DNA from: Pseudoxanthomonas sp. | GTDB taxonomy: Bacteria; Pseudomonadota; Gammaproteobacteria; Xanthomonadales; Xanthomonadaceae | Assembly: GCA_047607085.1 (NCBI GenBank) | Contig: JASGDT010000045.1 | Coordinates: forward strand, 34,142 to 98,141 | DNA: 64,000 nucleotides | Direction: 5' to 3' | Part shown: piece by piece, positions 58,058 to 64,000 of the stretch | How the letters are laid out: the number at the start of each line of letters is the position of its first letter | Position numbering within the stretch: position 1 is the first letter of the stretch | Program-made: the position numbers and the translations under genes | Notes under the pieces: generated by a model | Seen by the model: the letters and a program-made list of their open reading frames with translations, nothing else | Databases searched by the model: none | What the model was told of the DNA's origin: nothing

Positions 58058-58971
58058 GGCGCTTGGCCCGGGCAAACCGCATGCATGGCTTCAGTCTGGT
58101 CGAGCTGATGGTCGGTCTGGTGCTGGGTCTGCTGGTCACCGCCGCGGTGATCGGCATCTTCCTGTCCAACCAGCAGACGGCCCGCGCCACCGAGGGCCTG
58201 TCGCGGGTGCAGGAAAACCTGCGTACCGCATTCGAACTGATGGCGCGCGACCTGCGCGTGGCCGGCGGCAATGCCTGCAATTCCGGCAGCTTCTACAATG
58301 CGCTGACCAGCGGCACCGGCGAATGGTGGGGGGCGATCAGCAGCTGGTCCGGCGCGCTGCAGGGCTATGCCGGCGACACCTCCTTCGCCAGCGGCGGCCC
58401 GGCGTTTGGCAGTAGTCAGGGCGAGCGCCTGGCCGGCAGCGATGCGTTGCAGATGTTTTCCGGCGGCGACGCGGCGGCATCGGTCGCCAGCGACAGCGGC
58501 AGTGTATTCACCGTCAATGCCTCCGACCACGGTCTGGTGGCCAGCGATGTACTGCTGGTCTGCGACACCAACTACTCGGCGGTGTTCAACGCCACCTCGG
58601 TCAACGGCACCGCCATCGGCCATCCGACCACGATCAGCTACGACGCCAACGCCGTACTGTCCCGCTTCAACCCGGTGCGCTGGTATCTGGCCTACAACGC
58701 CAATGGCGGCACTTCGCTGTACCGCAGCCGGGTCTATGCCGGCGCGGAGCAACAGGAAGAAGTGGCATCCGACGTGTCGGGCCTGGCCTTCACCTATCTG
58801 GTCGATGGTGCCAGCGGCTATGTCGAGGCCGATTCGGTCAGCGATTGGTCGGCGGTGACCGCGGTGCGGATCGAACTGACCGTGGACAGCCCCGACAAGG
58901 TCGGCACCGACGGCAAGGTGCTGCAACGCACGCTGACGCACGTGGTCGAATTGAGGAACCGCAACGCATGA
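58054..58971 (+). CDS. pilW: Type IV minor pilin PilW
   Basis: G|FSLVELMV, QENLR.A.ELMARDLR.AG; ATGA overlap with pilV. Confidence 0.9.
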   Translation: MRRLARANRMHGFSLVELMVGLVLGLLVTAAVIGIFLSNQQTARATEGLSRVQENLRTAFELMARDLRVAGGNACNSGSFYNALTSGTGEWWGAISSWSGALQGYAGDTSFASGGPAFGSSQGERLAGSDALQMFSGGDAAASVASDSGSVFTVNASDHGLVASDVLLVCDTNYSAVFNATSVNGTAIGHPTTISYDANAVLSRFNPVRWYLAYNANGGTSLYRSRVYAGAEQQEEVASDVSGLAFTYLVDGASGYVEADSVSDWSAVTAVRIELTVDSPDKVGTDGKVLQRTLTHVVELRNRNA

Positions 58972-59510
58972 ACGCGAATCGACCTTCTGGCCGCCGCGCC
59001 AGCCAACACGGGGTCTCGCTGCTGGTGGCGCTGCTGCTGCTGCTGGCGATGACCCTGCTCGGCCTGGCGGTGTTGCGCAACACCACCCTGGAGGAGCGGA
59101 TGAGCGGCAACCTGCTCGACCGCACCTATCAGTTCCAGGCCGCCGAATCGGCGCTGCGCCAGGCCGAGGCGCTGATCGAAGCCGGCAGCATCACCGTGCC
59201 CGACAGCGGTTGCAGCGCCGGCATCTGCGCCACGCCCGTGGCCGGGGACGCCGACCGCTGGCTCGACGACAGTTTTGCCGGCTGGCAGACCAGCGACGGC
59301 ACCGGCAACCACGACGATGCCGTCACCACCCAGTACTTCATCGAATACATGGGCGACGGCGCCTACGGGCCGGACTGCGCGACTTCGAAAGCCACGCCTT
59401 CCTCGGGCGATCCCAACTGCTCGATGCTGCGCTACCGGGTGACCGCGCGCAGCAAGGGCGATGCGCGCGCGTCGGTCATCCTGCAAAGCAACTATCTGGT
59501 GGCGCAATGA
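58968..59510 (+). CDS. pilX: Type IV minor pilin PilX
   Basis: G|VSLLVALLLLL (no E5, typical of PilX), LEERMSGN..DR..QFQAAESALR, YRVTARS. Confidence 0.9.
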   Translation: MNANRPSGRRASQHGVSLLVALLLLLAMTLLGLAVLRNTTLEERMSGNLLDRTYQFQAAESALRQAEALIEAGSITVPDSGCSAGICATPVAGDADRWLDDSFAGWQTSDGTGNHDDAVTTQYFIEYMGDGAYGPDCATSKATPSSGDPNCSMLRYRVTARSKGDARASVILQSNYLVAQ

Positions 59511-62500
59511 AAAGGTGGAATTCAATGCTCCAGGGCAAGTCCCTGTCCTTGCGCCATGGCGGTTACGCCATTGCGGCCCTGGCATTGCTGGCATTGCTGG
59601 CGGTGCTGGTCGGGCCGGTGGTGGCCGATACCAGCACGGCCGGCCTGGACATCCCCGACAGCCCGCTGATCACCGACTCGACCATCGCCCCGAACGTGCT
59701 GTTCGTGCTCGACGATTCGGGTTCGATGGAAAGCGACTACATGCCCGACGACGTGCCCACGGTCGTCACCGGCAGCACGGCCAGCACCAACACGATTGAT
59801 TGCGCCACCACAGGTGGCAACAACTCGACCGCCACCAACTACACCAACTCGACCGCCATCGGCTACCTGGCCTGCAGCGCCTACCCGCGCAACACGCTCT
59901 ACTACAACCCGGCCACCACCTACTATCCGTGGACGCTGCCGACCTCGGACAGCACCACCACCAACCGGATGACCGGCGGCACCACTTACGGTGCTGCCTA
60001 TGCGGACACGATGTTCGTGCCCTACAGCGGCACCGGCCCGGCCGGCAGCGGCGCTGTCACCACCACCAGTACCACCACCAATCTGGCCAGCAGCGTCAGG
60101 ACTTTCTATGTGCCCAAGGACACCAGCCAGACCGCCAACAGCTATCTGAGCCTGGCGACCAATTACTACCGCTACCAGATCCTGACCGACGGCACGGTCT
60201 GGCGCAGCGAATACACCACTTACACGTCGAGCAATACGAGTTCCACCAGCGGCACCATCCAGAGCAGCGTTTCGGCCAGCAGCGGCAAGTTCTCCACCGC
60301 CTATACCTTTACGGTGCCGGACGGCGTTACTTCGGTCACGTTCAGTTCCAGCGGCGCCAGCAGCAGTTACTACCTGTACGTCAAGGCAGGCTCGGCGGTC
60401 AGCAGCACCAACAACAGCAGCGCAGCCTGCAGCGTCACCACCACGACCAGCGCCAGCAAGAGCTGCACGGTCAGCACCACGACCTCCGGCACGGTCTATT
60501 ACGTCAACATCTACGTTCCCAGTTCCAACAACAACCAAGGAACCGGGAACACCAACAACAGTACGACTGTCAGCGGCGTGACCCTCGCTTACAGCTATTC
60601 CGCCGGCGGCTGCGACACCACCACCGGCTCCACCACCTATGGCTGGCGCAACTGCACCGAGACCACGCCGACCGGTCGCACCGAAGCCGCCGAACTGGTC
60701 AACTACGCCACCTGGTATTCCTACTACCGGACCCGCATCAAGGCGGCCAAGGCCGGCGCCAGCGCCGCCTTCGCCGAACTGGACGATTCGGTGCGTGTCG
60801 GCTTCCGCACGATCAACAGCAAGGGCGTCTGCGGCGGCAGCGCCAGTTACAGCAACAGCAGCACCGGCACCTGCAAGACCAGCTATTCCAGCACCTACAA
60901 CCTGCCGACCCAGGACGTGCCGATCCCGGTCACTTACAACAACGGCGTGTTCTCCGACAGCAGCACCACCAGCAATAGCTACGCCTACAACAACCGCACC
61001 CAGTGGTACAACCGATTGTTCGCCACGGTAGCCGCCAACAGCACGCCGTTGCGCACGGCATTGGCGAATGCCGGCGTCTATTTCAGCAGTTCGGATTCGA
61101 CCGGCGCCTATGGTCCGGAAAGCAGCAGCGAGCAATACGCCTGCCGGCAGAACTTCAGCATCCTGACCACCGACGGCTTCTGGAACGACAGCTACAGCAA
61201 CTCGACGATCGGCAACTCCGACAATGCCGATGGCACCACCTGGACCAGTTCCAGCGGCACGAAGCTGGGTTACACGGCAGCGGATCCGTACAAGGGTGGG
61301 CTGGCCTCGGACAGCACTTCAACGCTGGCCGACGTGGCCAACTACTACTGGAAGAACGACCTGCGCACCGACCTGGCCAACAACGTGCCGACCAGCAGCA
61401 CGCTGTCCAGCAACAGCACGCCGGACCTGGCGTTCTGGCAGCACATGGTCACCTTCACCATCGGCCTGGGCCTGAGCGGCACGGTCAACGAGGACAGCGT
61501 CTATGAGGTCCTGAACCAGGGCTACGCCACCTACACCTCTGGCACCAGCACCGTCACCGGCTGGCCGACACCGACCAGCAACAGCACCACCACCATCGAC
61601 GACCTGCTGCATGCAGCGGTCAACGGCCACGGCACCTATGTCGCCGCCAACGATCCGGATTCGTTCGCCACCGGCCTGACCAATGCGCTGGCGTCGGTGA
61701 CCGCGCGCATCGGCTCGTTCTCCAGCGTCACCACCAAGAACACCAGCGTCAGCAGCGGCAACTACCTGTTCGCCTCCAACTACGTCTCCAATGTCTGGAC
61801 CGGCCAGCTCTATGCCTGCGCGGCCACCGACAGCAGTTGCAGCAGCCCGCTGTGGACGACGGCCACCACTCTGGAAGACCAGTACGGCTACCCCGCCACC
61901 GCCACCACCATCGCCAACCGCGGCATTTACACCTGGAACGGCAGCGCCGGCGCCACCTTCCCGACCACGGCGCAGCAGACCACGCTGGGCGGTTCCGATG
62001 TCACCGACTATCTGCGCGGCGTACAGGACAACGAGCTGCTGCAGGACGGCACCTTGCGCAACCGCACCACCCTGCTCGGCGACATCGTCGATTCCTCGCC
62101 GACCTACGTCAGCGCCACCAACACCGTTTACGCCGGTGCCAACGACGGCATGCTGCATGCCTTCAACGCTGCGACGGGCGCGGAACTGTTCGCCTACATC
62201 CCGGCATCGGTGGTTGGCGATGACCTGGCTTCGCTGGCCAGCACCAGTTATTCGCACAAATATTTCGTCGATGGTCCGATCACCGTCTCCACCACTTCGC
62301 AGACCAGCAGCAAGAACATCCTGGTCGGTGCGCTGGGCCGCGGCGGCAAGGGCCTGTACGCGCTGGACGTGACCAGTCCGACCAGTTTCGATGAAGACGA
62401 CGTGCTGTGGGAAGTCACCGAGACCACCGGCACCGCCGGCAACATGGGCAAGATCCTGGGCCAGCCGTTCATCGCCAAGCTCAACAACGGCGTGACCGCG

Positions 62501-63508
62501 CTGGTGACCGGCAACGGCATCAACAGCAGCAATGGCTGCCCGGTGCTGCTGATCTACAACGTGACCACCGGCGCGCTGATCAAGCAGATCAGCGCCGATG
62601 ACGACTATTGCGGCACCGGCACCACCTACACCACCACCAACGGCCTGAACGCGCCGACCGGCTGGGACGACGACAGCAGCGGCACGGTCGATTACGTCTA
62701 TGCCGCCGACTTGCAGGGCCACATCTGGAAGTTCGACCTGTCCGCGACCTCGACCAGCAGCTGGGCGCTGTCCAACGGCTCCAAGCCGGTGTTTACCGCC
62801 ACCTACGGCAGCACCACCGCCCAGCCGGTCACCAGTGGCGTGATGCTGGCCGAGAATTCCAGCACCGGCGACACCTGGGTGTTCTTCGGCACCGGCAAGT
62901 ACCTGCAGACCTCCGACATCACCGACACCTCGGTGCAGACCATGTACGGTTTCATCGACTCGACCAGTTCCACCACCAGCATCACGCTGACCCCCAGCGA
63001 CCTGACCGCCCGCAAGATGTACGAGACCACCAGCAGTTCGACCGGCGAGACGGTGCGCTCGTTCGAGGACAACGACGCACTGGATACCGATACCGAGGGC
63101 TGGTACATCAATCTGGTGGTCGATGGCGGCACGGCCGAGGGCGAGCGCGTCATCACCACGCCGCAATCCTATGGCAGCTACCTGATCTTCAGCACGGTCA
63201 TCCCCAGCGTCAGCACCGGTTGCAGCTCCAGCGGCACCAGCTGGATCTACGCGCTGGACATGTTCACCGGCACCAGCAGCGCCGAATCCTACTTCGACCT
63301 GGACAGCGATGGCGACACCAGCGACGACACCACTACCGCCGGCACTGCGGTCGGCGGCGTCTCGGTCAGCAGCGGCATGGCCAGCCTGGCGGCGCTGCTG
63401 AACGGCAAGCTGGTGACCAGCGATTCCAGCGGCACCCTGACCAGCGTCACCACCGCGTCGATCACCGGCAGCCGCGTTTCCTGGCGCGAAATCCGCAAGG
63501 AGGACTGA
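59507..63508 (+). CDS. pilY1: Type IV pilus tip adhesin PilY1 (PilC/PilY), Ser/Thr-rich, 1333 aa
   Basis: Signal peptide, vWA MIDAS-like FVLDDSGSM, TPLR, QHMVTFTIGLG, beta-propeller motifs LGDIV.SSP, GANDGMLHAF, YFVDG, VYAAD..G..WKFDL, FGTGKY, RVSWREI. Confidence 0.93.
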   Translation: MKRWNSMLQGKSLSLRHGGYAIAALALLALLAVLVGPVVADTSTAGLDIPDSPLITDSTIAPNVLFVLDDSGSMESDYMPDDVPTVVTGSTASTNTIDCATTGGNNSTATNYTNSTAIGYLACSAYPRNTLYYNPATTYYPWTLPTSDSTTTNRMTGGTTYGAAYADTMFVPYSGTGPAGSGAVTTTSTTTNLASSVRTFYVPKDTSQTANSYLSLATNYYRYQILTDGTVWRSEYTTYTSSNTSSTSGTIQSSVSASSGKFSTAYTFTVPDGVTSVTFSSSGASSSYYLYVKAGSAVSSTNNSSAACSVTTTTSASKSCTVSTTTSGTVYYVNIYVPSSNNNQGTGNTNNSTTVSGVTLAYSYSAGGCDTTTGSTTYGWRNCTETTPTGRTEAAELVNYATWYSYYRTRIKAAKAGASAAFAELDDSVRVGFRTINSKGVCGGSASYSNSSTGTCKTSYSSTYNLPTQDVPIPVTYNNGVFSDSSTTSNSYAYNNRTQWYNRLFATVAANSTPLRTALANAGVYFSSSDSTGAYGPESSSEQYACRQNFSILTTDGFWNDSYSNSTIGNSDNADGTTWTSSSGTKLGYTAADPYKGGLASDSTSTLADVANYYWKNDLRTDLANNVPTSSTLSSNSTPDLAFWQHMVTFTIGLGLSGTVNEDSVYEVLNQGYATYTSGTSTVTGWPTPTSNSTTTIDDLLHAAVNGHGTYVAANDPDSFATGLTNALASVTARIGSFSSVTTKNTSVSSGNYLFASNYVSNVWTGQLYACAATDSSCSSPLWTTATTLEDQYGYPATATTIANRGIYTWNGSAGATFPTTAQQTTLGGSDVTDYLRGVQDNELLQDGTLRNRTTLLGDIVDSSPTYVSATNTVYAGANDGMLHAFNAATGAELFAYIPASVVGDDLASLASTSYSHKYFVDGPITVSTTSQTSSKNILVGALGRGGKGLYALDVTSPTSFDEDDVLWEVTETTGTAGNMGKILGQPFIAKLNNGVTALVTGNGINSSNGCPVLLIYNVTTGALIKQISADDDYCGTGTTYTTTNGLNAPTGWDDDSSGTVDYVYAADLQGHIWKFDLSATSTSSWALSNGSKPVFTATYGSTTAQPVTSGVMLAENSSTGDTWVFFGTGKYLQTSDITDTSVQTMYGFIDSTSSTTSITLTPSDLTARKMYETTSSSTGETVRSFEDNDALDTDTEGWYINLVVDGGTAEGERVITTPQSYGSYLIFSTVIPSVSTGCSSSGTSWIYALDMFTGTSSAESYFDLDSDGDTSDDTTTAGTAVGGVSVSSGMASLAALLNGKLVTSDSSGTLTSVTTASITGSRVSWREIRKED

Positions 63509-63927
63509 TGAAACGTTCACGCCGACCGCGCCGCGGCGCCGGTTTCACCCTGATCGAGCTGATGATCGTCGTGGCGATCGTTGCGATCCTGGCCACGATT
63601 GCCTATGCCAGCTATTCGTTCGCGGTGGTCAAGAGCCGGCGTGCCGCCGCCGCCGGCTGCCTGCAGGAGCGCGCGCAGTTCATGGAGCGCTACTACACCA
63701 CCAACATGACCTACGCCGATGCGCCGGAACCGGCGCAATGCGACACGGTGTCGGACTTCTACGTGCTGGCCTTCGTCGGCGAACCCGACGCCAGCAGCTT
63801 CGAGATCAGCGCGACCCCGCAGGGCGCGCAGGCCAGCGCGGACACCAAGTGCGGCACGTTGAGCATCGACCAGACCGGCGAACGCAGCATCAGCGGCACC
63901 GCCGCCGATGCCGGGGATTGTTGGTAA
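63508..63927 (+). CDS. pilE: Type IV minor pilin PilE
   Basis: G|FTLIELMIVVAIVAILATIAY.SY, A..MERYYT, D.KCGTL.IDQ.G. Confidence 0.93.
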   Translation: MKRSRRPRRGAGFTLIELMIVVAIVAILATIAYASYSFAVVKSRRAAAAGCLQERAQFMERYYTTNMTYADAPEPAQCDTVSDFYVLAFVGEPDASSFEISATPQGAQASADTKCGTLSIDQTGERSISGTAADAGDCW

Positions 63928-64000
63928 GGCAACGGTCCGGCGCGCGGCCGCGTCCCGGAGATTCGCCGGGCAGGTCGACAGGCCGGATTCCGCACCGCTA

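Noticed and set aside
59507-63508. Ice-nucleation/antifreeze-type TxT repeats in PilY1
   Set aside because: The Thr/Ser runs are aperiodic; no fixed-length tandem unit
1-64000. CRISPR array, tRNA, rRNA, integrase, IS transposase, prophage genes
   Set aside because: No regularly spaced direct repeats, no tRNA T-loop/cloverleaf, no recombinase motifs found by eye

Overview
High-GC (~65-68% by eye) chromosomal segment of a Xanthomonadales (Lysobacteraceae-like) bacterium; the lineage is inferred from gene order and repeat families. Most of it is core genome. It carries glycolysis (pgk-gph-pyk-fba), a sulfate-assimilation cluster (cysK, short cysG, cysB, cysH-I-J, cysD-NC), an RND pump, trmH, mscL, thiS-thiG-trmB, an EstA autotransporter, tandem entericidins and trpS. 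It continues with a 2-oxoacid dehydrogenase E1a/E1b/E2 operon, aromatic amino-acid catabolism (kynA, marR, hppD, hmgA), two cation antiporters, purC, rpe and trpE. Accessory material: a small islet inside the cys cluster (DUF2242, MazF/PemK toxin-antitoxin, REPINs, lower-GC HAD gene) and a complete type IV minor-pilin cassette (fimT-pilV-pilW-pilX-pilY1-pilE) with an extremely Ser/Thr-rich, acidic composition. Four hidden signals stand out. (1) An unannotated, apparently leaderless WRWW leader peptide with a perfect 10-bp anti-SD/SD duplex in front of trpE, which looks like a translational rather than transcriptional Trp attenuator. (2) Tandem AlgR/LytTR-like boxes upstream of the pilin cassette. 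(3) Several families of short palindromic repeats, one of which appears to be translated in frame inside the E2 linker. (4) Repeated '-10 hexamer + 6 nt + start codon' leaderless architectures. No tRNA, rRNA, CRISPR array, integrase or transposase was found. All family assignments come from motif recognition, not database searches.
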